In this document: positions 8,813 through 17,173 of the stretch, piece after piece
Numbering within the stretch: position 1 is the first letter of the stretch
Layout: each line of letters opens with the position of its first letter
DNA from: Gemmatimonadales bacterium
GTDB lineage: Bacteria > Gemmatimonadota > Gemmatimonadetes > Gemmatimonadales > GWC2-71-9
NCBI GenBank assembly: GCA_035505915.1
Contig: DATJQI010000078.1
Coordinates: forward strand, 3,158 to 67,157
Direction of reading: 5' to 3'
Length of the DNA: 64,000 nt
Notes under the pieces: generated by a model
What the model was told of the DNA's origin: nothing
Databases searched by the model: none
What the model saw: only the letters and a program-made list of their open reading frames with translations
Position numbers and translations under genes: made by a program

Positions 8813-9054
8813 GAAAGCCGCTCCTCCAGGAACCGGGACAGATCCCGGTCCTTGATCCGCTCCGCCTGGAGGAACAGCGACGACTTGGAGGTCGCTTCCA
8901 GGGGGAAAGGCGCCCAAAATGACGAGGCCCGAAGGCGCTCGGAGGCGGCACGGAAGGTCAGCACCAGCTGCCAGGCCTCCGTGTGAGCCCTACGCTCGGC
9001 CAGGGCGTCCACGTGCCAAACCTCGTCACCGTGGGCAATTACGCGCCAGGCCAA
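8809..9054 (-). CDS. Hypothetical protein (81 aa)
   Basis: TTG start preceded by GGAGGTG 5 nt upstream. Balanced composition (MAWRVIAHGDEVWHVDALAERR...). Confidence 0.5.
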   Translation of the reverse strand: MAWRVIAHGDEVWHVDALAERRAHTEAWQLVLTFRAASERLRASSFWAPFPLEATSKSSLFLQAERIKDRDLSRFLEERLS

Positions 9055-9073
9055 GGCTCACCTCCGGGCGCCG

Positions 9074-9102
9074 AATATTTGTATAACATCAAGTCATGTC
9101 AA
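9074..9102 (-). promoter_or_regulatory. sigma70-like promoter for the three small ORFs plus mltD-like operon
   Basis: Minus strand reads TTGACA (9102-9097), 17-bp spacer, AATATT (9079-9074). Lies in a locally AT-rich gap. Confidence 0.45.
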
Positions 9103-9174
9103 TAGTTGAGATCACAGCGTGCTCAGAATCAGGCCCGAATCGGCCTGCTTTCGGGGGATCTTCGGTACCTGAAG

Positions 9175-10038
9175 TCAGTCCCCTCGGGTGACGAGCGCCC
9201 GGAACCGGCGGGACAGGTCGGCCACAATGGGACCCGACACACCCGACCCGATGACCCGTCCGTCGAGCTTGGTCACGGCCGCGATCTCCGCGGCGGTGCC
9301 GCTCAGGAAGACCTCATCGGCCGAGTACAGGTCGTAGCGGTTGAGGGGCTCCTCGACCACCCCGTAGTTGGCGTCGCGCGCCAGCTCGATCAGGGCGTCC
9401 CGGGTGACGCCGCGGAGGATGCCGGAGTACGGCGGCGGGGTCTTGATCACGCCTCGGCGGGCACAGAAGAGGTTCATCCCGCTGGCTTCGGCCACGTACC
9501 CCGCGCTGTCCAGCATGATGGCCTCGTCCACGTTCGCCGCGACGCTCTCGATCTTGGCCAGGATGTGGGACAGGTAGTTCAGCGACTTGACTCGCGGGGA
9601 GAGGTTTTCCTTGTGGCTGATGGGGGTGGCGGCGGTGATGCAGGTCAGGCCCCGCTCGTACCGGTCCCGGGGCCACAGGGCGATGGTGTCAACGATGCAG
9701 AAAACCGTGGGTTTCTCGCACTTCCGGGGATCCATGCCGAGGTCGCCGACACCCCGGGTGATCACCAGGCGGATGTAGCTGTCCTTGATGCCGCTCTTGG
9801 TCTGGGCCTCTTCCACCATCCGCGCCATCTCGGCGGGCGACATCCCGGGGTCGAGCCAGATGGATTTGGCCGAGGCGAACAGCCGGTCGACGTGCTCGCC
9901 CAGCCGGAAGATCCGGCCGCCGTAGGCCCGGATTCCCTCGAAGACGCCGTCTCCATAGAGGAGGCCGTGGTCGAAGACGGAGACGGAGGCGTCGTCTCGG
10001 GATTTGAACTGCCCGTTGATCCAGATCGTGGTGGTCAT
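9175..10038 (-). CDS. ilvE: Branched-chain amino acid aminotransferase (class IV)
   Basis: MTTTIWINGQFKSRDDASVSVFDHGLLYGDGVFEGIRAY...; 287 aa. Confidence 0.9.
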   Translation of the reverse strand: MTTTIWINGQFKSRDDASVSVFDHGLLYGDGVFEGIRAYGGRIFRLGEHVDRLFASAKSIWLDPGMSPAEMARMVEEAQTKSGIKDSYIRLVITRGVGDLGMDPRKCEKPTVFCIVDTIALWPRDRYERGLTCITAATPISHKENLSPRVKSLNYLSHILAKIESVAANVDEAIMLDSAGYVAEASGMNLFCARRGVIKTPPPYSGILRGVTRDALIELARDANYGVVEEPLNRYDLYSADEVFLSGTAAEIAAVTKLDGRVIGSGVSGPIVADLSRRFRALVTRGD

Positions 10039-10039
10039 A

Positions 10040-10112
<73 letters not shown>

Positions 10113-10165
10113 ACGACTTTTGTCGCGAAAGAACTTAGTCAATGCCGGGAGCCTTCGCACCCCGG

Positions 10166-11497
10166 TTACCGCGCCGCCGCTCGCGCCTCGGCCGTGAGGT
10201 CCCGGGTGCCGATGTCCACGCCCGCCTGCTCCAGAATCTCGGTGGCGGCGATGCTCCCCGCGAACACCCAGACGTACTCCGCCGGCACCTCGCGGCTCGT
10301 CCCCTGAACTTCGAGCACCACCCGGGTCTGCTCTATCCGCCGGGGAGTGGAATTGAAGACCACGTCGATCTGCCCTGCCCGCATCGCCTTGGTGATCCGC
10401 TGGTCGTTCCGCCCCTTGAGCCGGCTGAACGCCTCCTTGCGGTAGGACAGGGTCACGCGGTTTCCCGGCTGATAGGCCAGCCCCAGGGCCGCTTCCACGG
10501 CGCTGTCGCCCCCACCCACGACCAGGATCCGGGCCTCCCGATAGGCCTCGGCATCCAGCAGGCTGTACATGACGTGGGGAAGGTTCTCCCCCGGAATGCC
10601 GAGCTTCCGGGGGGTGCCGCGGCGTCCGAGGGCGAGCACCACGGACCGCGAGCGGCAGGACCGTTTGGCGGTGCGCACGGTGAAGTGCCCGTCGGCGTCC
10701 CGCGTGACCGCCTCCACGCGCTCCCCGGCATACACGGTGAGGCCCGTCTCCCGGTGGAGCTTCTCCCAGAACCGCAGGAGCTCTTCCTTGGAGATGGCGA
10801 GCTTCTTGAAGCTTCCGTACATCGGGAATTCGACCGGGCTGGTCAGCACCAGCTTCTGGCGGGGGTACTTGGCGACGGTGCCGCCCAGCTCCTCCTGCTC
10901 GAAGGTCGCGTAGGTCAGCTTACGCTCGACGGCCCGGAGCGAGGCGCTGATGCCGCCGGGGCCCGCCCCGACGACGCACACGTCGCGCACGGCGGGATCG
11001 CGGGTCGGGCCGGCCCGGCGGAGGCGCTCGAAGATCACGTCCACCGCGTCCCGGCCCTGGTTGACGGCGTTCTTGATGAGCGCCAGGCCCCCCAGTTCCC
11101 CGACCACGAAGAGCATCGGCACGCTGGTCTCATACTCCGCCGTCAGACGGGGCAGCCCCGCCGTGATGCCCGGCGGCGCCGTCACGATCTCGATGGCGCC
11201 CACCGGGCAGGCATCCGCGCACAGCCCGTGGCCGATGCACTTCGCCGCGTTGATGATGGCGGCCTTGCCACCGACGAGGCCCAGCACTTCCCCCTCCGGA
11301 CAGACGGTCACGCACGCGCCGCACCCGATGCACCGCGACACGTCGATGTGGGGATGCTGGCCGGGACCCACGTCGGTGGCCCCGGATTCCGCGGCGGCGA
11401 GCGCCCGCCGCTCACCCCGCTTCATTTTCCGGTACTGACGGACGACGGAAATGAGCACGAGCGCGATGAAGAGCGCGTACACCAGGGTCGAATCCAT
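10166..11497 (-). CDS. Membrane-anchored 2x[4Fe-4S] ferredoxin-domain / FAD-NAD(P) (TrxB-like) oxidoreductase
   Basis: N-terminal TM helix. CIGCGACVTVCP and CIGHGLCADACP clusters. Dinucleotide fold VCVVGAGPGGISASL and ILVVGGGDSAVEAA. Start taken at ATG 11497 (GAAGGA upstream); the longest ORF would start at 11584. Confidence 0.8.
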   Translation of the reverse strand: MDSTLVYALFIALVLISVVRQYRKMKRGERRALAAAESGATDVGPGQHPHIDVSRCIGCGACVTVCPEGEVLGLVGGKAAIINAAKCIGHGLCADACPVGAIEIVTAPPGITAGLPRLTAEYETSVPMLFVVGELGGLALIKNAVNQGRDAVDVIFERLRRAGPTRDPAVRDVCVVGAGPGGISASLRAVERKLTYATFEQEELGGTVAKYPRQKLVLTSPVEFPMYGSFKKLAISKEELLRFWEKLHRETGLTVYAGERVEAVTRDADGHFTVRTAKRSCRSRSVVLALGRRGTPRKLGIPGENLPHVMYSLLDAEAYREARILVVGGGDSAVEAALGLAYQPGNRVTLSYRKEAFSRLKGRNDQRITKAMRAGQIDVVFNSTPRRIEQTRVVLEVQGTSREVPAEYVWVFAGSIAATEILEQAGVDIGTRDLTAEARAAAR

Positions 11498-11631
11498 CAG
11501 CCCGGGCCGTCCTTCACGATTGCCTCCAGGATTTTTCGCCCGACCCGACCCGTCGTGAGGCAGGTCACGGCGGGTCGCACGCACGGGCGGCTTCGTTACC
11601 CCTTGCTACGCGCTCACCGTTTTCGGACAAT

Positions 11632-11652
11632 TCCAGACAATAGCAAACTGGA
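11632..11652. promoter_or_regulatory. Perfect dyad TCCAG-N11-CTGGA in the divergent control region (candidate regulator operator)
   Basis: Read directly. Overlaps a direct repeat GACAAT-N4-GACAAT (11626-11641). Confidence 0.35.
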
Positions 11653-11698
11653 TTGGATCCTGCCCGAATCGGATGAGCCGAAGTCACGCGAGGGTGCT

Positions 11699-12664
11699 AT
11701 GCCGCAGACCGCCACCCCCGCCCCGGTCCGACCGTCTCCGCCTCTGTCTCCGCCGCGCGCCCCGGCGGCGCGCGGCCGGGCCAGCGGAATCAAGCCCCAG
11801 CGCTCGTCCCGCGGGCGCGGACTCCTCTTGACCCTCGTGGTCATCCTGGGAGCCGTCGCCGTGTGGGGGGCGCCGTACTACGCCCTCCCCCTCGAGGAGC
11901 GGGTGCGGAGTCCCATGCACCCGTGGCTCCGGCCCTCCGGGTACGTCGGACAGAGTGCGGGCATCGCCTCGCTCCTGGTCATGCTGTTCCTCTGGGTGTA
12001 TCCGCTCCGCAAGCGGTGGCGCTGGCTCGGCTTCACCGGGTCGCTCGCCGCGTGGCTCGATGTCCACGTCGTCGTGGCCCTCGTGCTACCCCTCTTGGTC
12101 GCGATTCACTCGGCGTGGCGCTTCGACGGACTCATCGGCCTGGGCGTCCTCTCGATGATGATCGTCTGGGCGAGCGGCGTCGTGGGTCGCTATCTGTACG
12201 TGCGGATCCCGCGCGGGAAGGCCGGGATCGAGCTCTCCCGCGAGGAGATCGCGACGCAGCGGAAGGAGCTGATCGGCGAGATCGCGGCGCGCGTCCGTCT
12301 CGATGCGGAGGCGACGGCCGCGACGCTGTCCCAGGCCAGCGCCTCACCGCGCGCGGTGGGGCTCGTAGCGGCGGTCCGGCAGATGTTCCGGGATCGGCGC
12401 GCCCGCCGGGACGCCCTGCGGCACCTCGAGCGTCTGCTCACCAAGGAGACCTCGCCGCGCCCCACGCGATCGGAGGTCCGGGAGGTCCTGTCGCTGGCGG
12501 AAGCCGAGATGCGGCTGGCGCAGCAGGCCAGTCTCCTCGACGCGACTCAGCAGCTGTTCCGCCTGTGGCATGTGCTCCACCGGCCCGTCGCGCTGGCCGC
12601 GCTCCTCGCGGTCACCATTCACGTCGCGGTGGTCGTCGCCCTGGGCGCCACCTGGTTCCGGTGA
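11699..12664 (+). CDS. Integral membrane protein with conserved intramembrane histidines (cytochrome-b-like candidate)
   Basis: Only the last 321 codons of track ORF 10142-12664 are used (ATG 11699). About 5 TM helices. His pairs in helices (LDVHVVVALVLPLLVAIH; LWHVLHRPVALAALLAVTIHV). About 130-aa charged cytoplasmic insert. Confidence 0.6.
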   Translation: MPQTATPAPVRPSPPLSPPRAPAARGRASGIKPQRSSRGRGLLLTLVVILGAVAVWGAPYYALPLEERVRSPMHPWLRPSGYVGQSAGIASLLVMLFLWVYPLRKRWRWLGFTGSLAAWLDVHVVVALVLPLLVAIHSAWRFDGLIGLGVLSMMIVWASGVVGRYLYVRIPRGKAGIELSREEIATQRKELIGEIAARVRLDAEATAATLSQASASPRAVGLVAAVRQMFRDRRARRDALRHLERLLTKETSPRPTRSEVREVLSLAEAEMRLAQQASLLDATQQLFRLWHVLHRPVALAALLAVTIHVAVVVALGATWFR

Positions 12665-14376
12665 CCCGTGCTCCCGCCGGACTGGTCGCGCTCCTTCTCG
12701 GGATCGCCGTGATGCCCGCGCCCGCACGCCGCCTGACGGCTCAGATCTCCCCGGGCCCCCTGGCCCAGCCACACGCCGCTCTGGAGGGCGTGCGGAACTG
12801 CGTCGGGTGCCACGGCACCAAGAAGGAAGAAATGCCGGCGCGCTGTCTCCAATGCCACCGGGACGTCGCCTGGCTCGTGGACCGCGGCCGGGGTTACCAC
12901 GCGTCGGTGACAGGCCAGCGCTGCGCGGCCTGCCACCCCGACCACGCGGGGAGCGATTTCCAGTTGATCAGCTGGCCGGGACGAGATTCCTCGGCGTTCG
13001 ACCACTCGCGGACCGGGTGGCCGCTGGCGGGGAAGCACGCCGGCGTGTCCTGCGACGCGTGTCACCGGATGACCTTCCGGGTTTCCCCGGCCGCCGCGCT
13101 CTCGCAGCGGAAGACCACGCCGGGATGGATGGGGCTCGAGCGCGACTGCGCCGGATGCCACGGTGATCCGCACCGCGGCACGCTGGGGGCGGGGTGCGCT
13201 GACTGCCACGACGTCGACGGCTGGCGCCCGGCCGCGGGCTTCGATCACGACAGCACCGGCTATCCCCTCACCGGGAAGCACCGGACCGTCGCGTGCGCCG
13301 ATTGCCATGCCGGGGCGCCCGTGTCCGCGGGCAGAGCCGGCGCGCCCGTCGTCCCCGCGGTGTTCAGCCCCCTGCCTCACGCCGACTGCGCGGCCTGCCA
13401 CCGCGACCCGCACGGCGGACGCCTGGGCAGTACGTGCTCCCGCTGTCACACGACGGCGGGGTTCTCGTCGTTCGCGACGGCCACCTTCGATCACGAGCAC
13501 ACCCGGTACCCGCTCCGGGGCGCTCACCTGTCGGTCCGCTGCGACCAGTGCCACGACTTCCGTCCGGCCGCGGCGCACCGGGACCGTCCCTTCGCCACCT
13601 GCGGGGCCTGTCACACCGACCCGCACGCGGGCCGCGCCACGCTCGCCGGGCAGGCCGCCGACTGCGCGGACTGCCACACCGTGGCGGGCTTCACGCCGGC
13701 GACCTATACCGTCGCCCGGCACGCGACGACCCGGTTCCCGCTCCTGGGGCGCCACCAGACCGTGTCCTGCGGCTCCTGTCACGTGCGCGATCACGACCCG
13801 GCCAAGCGCGCGGCGCTCGGGACCGCGGCGGTGCAGATGCGGCCGTCCACGGCGTGCGTCGACTGCCACCAGGATCCCCATCAAGGACGAGTGGCCGCGC
13901 TGGGCGACTGCGCGTCCTGCCACGCCCTGACCGGGTTCCGACCGTCGACTGTCGACGTCGCCGCCCACGCCCGGTACCGCTTCATTCTCACCGGCGCCCA
14001 CCGCGCCACGCCCTGCGCGGCCTGCCACCGAGACCTGACGCGGCCGGGTGTCCGGCCCCTGCTGTTCGGCGCGGCCGGCACGAGCTGCCGGGACTGTCAC
14101 CAGGATCCGCACGGCGGCCAGTTCGCCGATTCGACCGGAGGCCGCGCGGCCGCCACCTGCGACCACTGCCACGTCACGGACGGATTCCGACCGGCCCCGC
14201 TCTTCGACCACGACCGCGACACGCGATTTCCCCTCACCGGAGGGCACACCGGCGTGTCGTGCGAGCGCTGTCATCGCGTCGCCCCGGGTACGGCGGGCCG
14301 CGGCGTGACGCGGTATCGCGGGACGGCCACTGCGTGCGAGGCCTGTCACACCGGGACGCCCCGGAGGGGTCGGTGA
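12661..14376 (+). CDS. Multihaem cytochrome c, 20 CxxCH motifs
   Basis: GTG start in a GTGA overlap. Signal peptide. I count 20 CxxCH. Repeating unit CxxCH-DPH-G-x-LG-x-C-x-x-CH...FDH..T.YPLTGKH...C..CH (doubled-CXXCH / c3-type). Confidence 0.85.
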   Translation: MTRAPAGLVALLLGIAVMPAPARRLTAQISPGPLAQPHAALEGVRNCVGCHGTKKEEMPARCLQCHRDVAWLVDRGRGYHASVTGQRCAACHPDHAGSDFQLISWPGRDSSAFDHSRTGWPLAGKHAGVSCDACHRMTFRVSPAAALSQRKTTPGWMGLERDCAGCHGDPHRGTLGAGCADCHDVDGWRPAAGFDHDSTGYPLTGKHRTVACADCHAGAPVSAGRAGAPVVPAVFSPLPHADCAACHRDPHGGRLGSTCSRCHTTAGFSSFATATFDHEHTRYPLRGAHLSVRCDQCHDFRPAAAHRDRPFATCGACHTDPHAGRATLAGQAADCADCHTVAGFTPATYTVARHATTRFPLLGRHQTVSCGSCHVRDHDPAKRAALGTAAVQMRPSTACVDCHQDPHQGRVAALGDCASCHALTGFRPSTVDVAAHARYRFILTGAHRATPCAACHRDLTRPGVRPLLFGAAGTSCRDCHQDPHGGQFADSTGGRAAATCDHCHVTDGFRPAPLFDHDRDTRFPLTGGHTGVSCERCHRVAPGTAGRGVTRYRGTATACEACHTGTPRRGR

Positions 14377-15623
14377 GGCGCTCGTGGTTCGCCGTCTTGG
14401 TGGTCCTGGTGACCCGGGCCGCCGTGGCGCAGGATTCGACCGCCAACCCGCACGGGCCGCTCCGCATTCCCTGCGCGGAGTGCCACAGCTCCGCCAGCTG
14501 GCGCCCCGCGAAGATCTCCGCCGACTTCAACCACGCGAAGCTGGGGTTCCCGCTGGTCGGCGCCCACGTCCAGGCATCGTGCCGCTCCTGCCACGCCCAG
14601 CTGAGCTTCCAGGGGACTCCCCGTCAGTGCGCGGCCTGCCATACGGACCCGCACCGGGGCGAGCTGGGAACGGGATGTGAGCGCTGTCATACGTCGCGCT
14701 CGTTCATCGACCGGTCGCTCCTGGTGTCGGCGCACCAGCTCACGGCGTTTCCGCTGACCGGCGCGCACCTGGCGGCCGATTGTGAGAGCTGCCACCTGCC
14801 GGGGGTCCAAGGGAAGATGACATTCGTGGGCGTCCCGGCCGATTGCTACAACTGTCACCGGCAGAACTTCGCGACGGCCACGAACCCCGACCACGGCGGC
14901 TTCCCGACCAACTGCGTGGAGTGCCACAGCACCGCCACCTGGCTGGGCGCCAACTTCAATCACCAGGCCACCCGGTTCCCGCTGACCGGAGCCCACCTCG
15001 CCGTGGCCTGCAACGTGTGTCACGCGGACAAGGTGTACGCCGGCAAGAGCACGGCCTGCGCCAGCTGTCACCAGACCGACTACAACACCACCACCGATCC
15101 GGCCCACGTTCCGGCGCAGCTCGCGTCGGACTGCAGCCAGTGCCACACGACGGTGAGCTGGGCCGGGGCGACGTTCAATCATTCGACGACGAAGTTCCCG
15201 CTCACCGGGGCCCACATTCCGCTCGACTGCAACCAGTGCCACGGCGACAACGTGTACGCGGGCAAGGGCACGACCTGCGTCACCTGCCACCTCACCGACT
15301 ACAACACCACGACGAATCCCCAGCATCAGGCGGCCCAGTTCCCCACCGACTGTGTCGCCTGCCACACCACGGTCACGTGGAGCGGGGCCACCTTCAATCA
15401 CGACGGTCCGTACTTCCCCATCTATTCGGGGACCCACCAGGGTAAATGGACGGCGTGCACCGACTGCCACACGAACCCGGCGGATTTCAGCACCTTCACC
15501 TGCATCGCGTGCCACGCGCATTCGAACCAGACCCAGGTGGATTCGGACCACAAGAGCGTCAAGAACTACGTGTACGACAGCAACGCGTGCTATCAGTGCC
15601 ACCGGAACGGGAGCGCCGGCTGA
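14373..15623 (+). CDS. Multihaem cytochrome c, 16 CxxCH motifs
   Basis: GTG start in a GTGA overlap. Signal peptide VRRSWFAVLVVLVTRAAVAQ. I count 16 CxxCH. Three tandem tri-haem modules of about 73 aa. Confidence 0.85.
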   Translation: MRRSWFAVLVVLVTRAAVAQDSTANPHGPLRIPCAECHSSASWRPAKISADFNHAKLGFPLVGAHVQASCRSCHAQLSFQGTPRQCAACHTDPHRGELGTGCERCHTSRSFIDRSLLVSAHQLTAFPLTGAHLAADCESCHLPGVQGKMTFVGVPADCYNCHRQNFATATNPDHGGFPTNCVECHSTATWLGANFNHQATRFPLTGAHLAVACNVCHADKVYAGKSTACASCHQTDYNTTTDPAHVPAQLASDCSQCHTTVSWAGATFNHSTTKFPLTGAHIPLDCNQCHGDNVYAGKGTTCVTCHLTDYNTTTNPQHQAAQFPTDCVACHTTVTWSGATFNHDGPYFPIYSGTHQGKWTACTDCHTNPADFSTFTCIACHAHSNQTQVDSDHKSVKNYVYDSNACYQCHRNGSAG

Positions 15624-17173
15624 GCTGGCGCGCCTGCCGGGCCGCGGGCCTGGGGCTCGTCCTGCCCGGACTGCTGGCCGCGCAAACCCGGGACTCGGCC
15701 TTCCGGTACGCACGCATCACCTACCTCACCATCACCACCGCATATGTGAACGCGGGCCGCGACGACGGCCTGCGGGATTCCACCCGCCTCGACGTGATCC
15801 GGTCCGGGAAGCGCGTGGGGACGATCCGCATTTCGTTCCTGGCCTCTCACCAGGCCGCGGGTGACATCGTCGACACCGTCTCGGCCCTGGTCGTCGGCGA
15901 TTCCGCCCGATACTTACCGGTCGCGGCTCCCCCCACCCGCGTCGCCACGGGCCCGGGGCGCACGTACTCCCGGAGTCGGGGCTCGTCGCTCTACGGAACC
16001 GTGGGAGTCGAGTATTTCTCGGTAACGGGGGACGGCGTCCGTCTGTCCCAGCCGGGGCTGGACGTGCGGGCGTTCGGTGGGCCGGCCGGGTCGCCGCTGT
16101 CCATCGGGCTCGATCTCCGGGAGCGCCGAGTGACCACCGCCGCGGCGGGATCCCCGACCGCCGTGGCGGACGAATCGCGCGTGTACCAGGCGGTGGCGCG
16201 GTGGCAGACGCCCGGCTCTCCGGTGCGCGTCGGAATCGGACGGCAGTTCGTGGACGGGATGCCCGCCGTGGGGCTCATCGACGGGCTGCAGATCGAGCGC
16301 GCGGGGCCCGAGTGGAGCACCGGCGCGTTCGCGGGCACCCAGCCCGGCCTGGCCGACCTCGAGGTGTCCGGCGACATCCGCGAGCTGGGTGCCTACGTCC
16401 GCCGTCAAGGGCGGCCGGCCGCGGGCGGCTTCTGGTCGGTCACCGCCGGGGCCAGCGGGTCGTACCAGGGGTGGCGGACAAATCGCGAGTTCTTCTACTT
16501 CGAGGCGAGGTACTTCGGGCCGCGGCTGTCCGGATTTCTCTCCCAGGAAGTCGACTACTACCGCCCGTGGAAGCGGATCGCCGGCCAGTCGGCGTTCTCC
16601 CCCACGGCGACATTCGGCGACGTGCGATACCAGGTCTCACGGGCCTGGAGCCTCGAGGGAGGGGTCGACGAGCGCCGGAATGTCGTGCTCTTCCAGGATG
16701 CCGTGAGTCCGGAAAGCACCTTCGACGCGGCGTTCCGGCGGGGCGCCTGGCTGGGCACCACCATCCGGCCCGGCCCCCACCTTCTGGTGGACCTCGACGC
16801 GCGCGCGTCGGACGGCGGGTCGATCGGGCGCACCGACTCCTATACGGGCGCCCTCGCCCTCGAGCGTCTCGGCGCACTGGGCGGGGCGTTCCGGTTCCGG
16901 GGCACCCGGTACCTGAGCCCGGGCCGGACCGGCTGGCTCGGCGCCGTGAATGTCGGCATCGCCCCGGCCGACCGCTGGCGATTGGCGGTGGACGCCGGTC
17001 AGCGTCAGGAATCGGTGACGATTCTTCCGGGAACGCAGGTGACGCGATGGGCGGGCGTGGACTTCGATCTCAGCCTCGCCCGGGAGTGGTTCGGCACGGT
17101 ATCATTCACCAGACAGCGGGGCGCACTGCAGGACACCGACCAGCTGTTCCTGCTCTTCACGTATCGGTTCTGA
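15587..17173 (+). CDS. Predicted outer-membrane beta-barrel protein
   Basis: Signal-like RRLSWRACRAAGLGLVLPGLLAAQ. Gly/Tyr/Arg-rich alternating pattern. C-terminal LFLLFTYRF (aromatic terminal residue). Start uncertain: GTG 15587, GTG 15596, or CTG 15620 in a CTGA overlap with the upstream stop. Confidence 0.6.
   Translation: MLSVPPERERRLSWRACRAAGLGLVLPGLLAAQTRDSAFRYARITYLTITTAYVNAGRDDGLRDSTRLDVIRSGKRVGTIRISFLASHQAAGDIVDTVSALVVGDSARYLPVAAPPTRVATGPGRTYSRSRGSSLYGTVGVEYFSVTGDGVRLSQPGLDVRAFGGPAGSPLSIGLDLRERRVTTAAAGSPTAVADESRVYQAVARWQTPGSPVRVGIGRQFVDGMPAVGLIDGLQIERAGPEWSTGAFAGTQPGLADLEVSGDIRELGAYVRRQGRPAAGGFWSVTAGASGSYQGWRTNREFFYFEARYFGPRLSGFLSQEVDYYRPWKRIAGQSAFSPTATFGDVRYQVSRAWSLEGGVDERRNVVLFQDAVSPESTFDAAFRRGAWLGTTIRPGPHLLVDLDARASDGGSIGRTDSYTGALALERLGALGGAFRFRGTRYLSPGRTGWLGAVNVGIAPADRWRLAVDAGQRQESVTILPGTQVTRWAGVDFDLSLAREWFGTVSFTRQRGALQDTDQLFLLFTYRF

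Noticed and set aside
10142-12664. 840-aa, 837-aa and 776-aa plus-strand ORFs (10142-12664, 11863-14376, 13293-15623) taken at full length.
   Set aside because: Their N-terminal parts are antisense to the oxidoreductase gene or out-of-frame read-through of the preceding gene. Real starts are at 11699, 12661 and 14373, where signal peptides, TM helices and GTGA overlaps begin.
12619-14349. Very long antisense or out-of-frame ORFs. Examples: 12619-14349 (576 aa), 14346-15713, 21565-23088, 36625-38784, 41286-43586, 47265-49940 (891 aa), 49507-51831, 55130-57367, 62049-63668, 17428-19110, 44277-45296.
   Set aside because: All are extremely Arg/Gly/Pro/Ala/His-rich with no recognisable motifs. 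Each lies opposite to, or out of frame with, an ORF that has clear family signatures. This is the expected stop-codon-poor artefact in high-GC DNA.
15446-15623. ATG 15446 as the start of the beta-barrel gene.
   Set aside because: It would overlap the 16-haem cytochrome gene by 178 nt and add a non-signal-like, Arg/His-rich N-terminus. Starts at 15587, 15596 or 15620 give a proper signal peptide.
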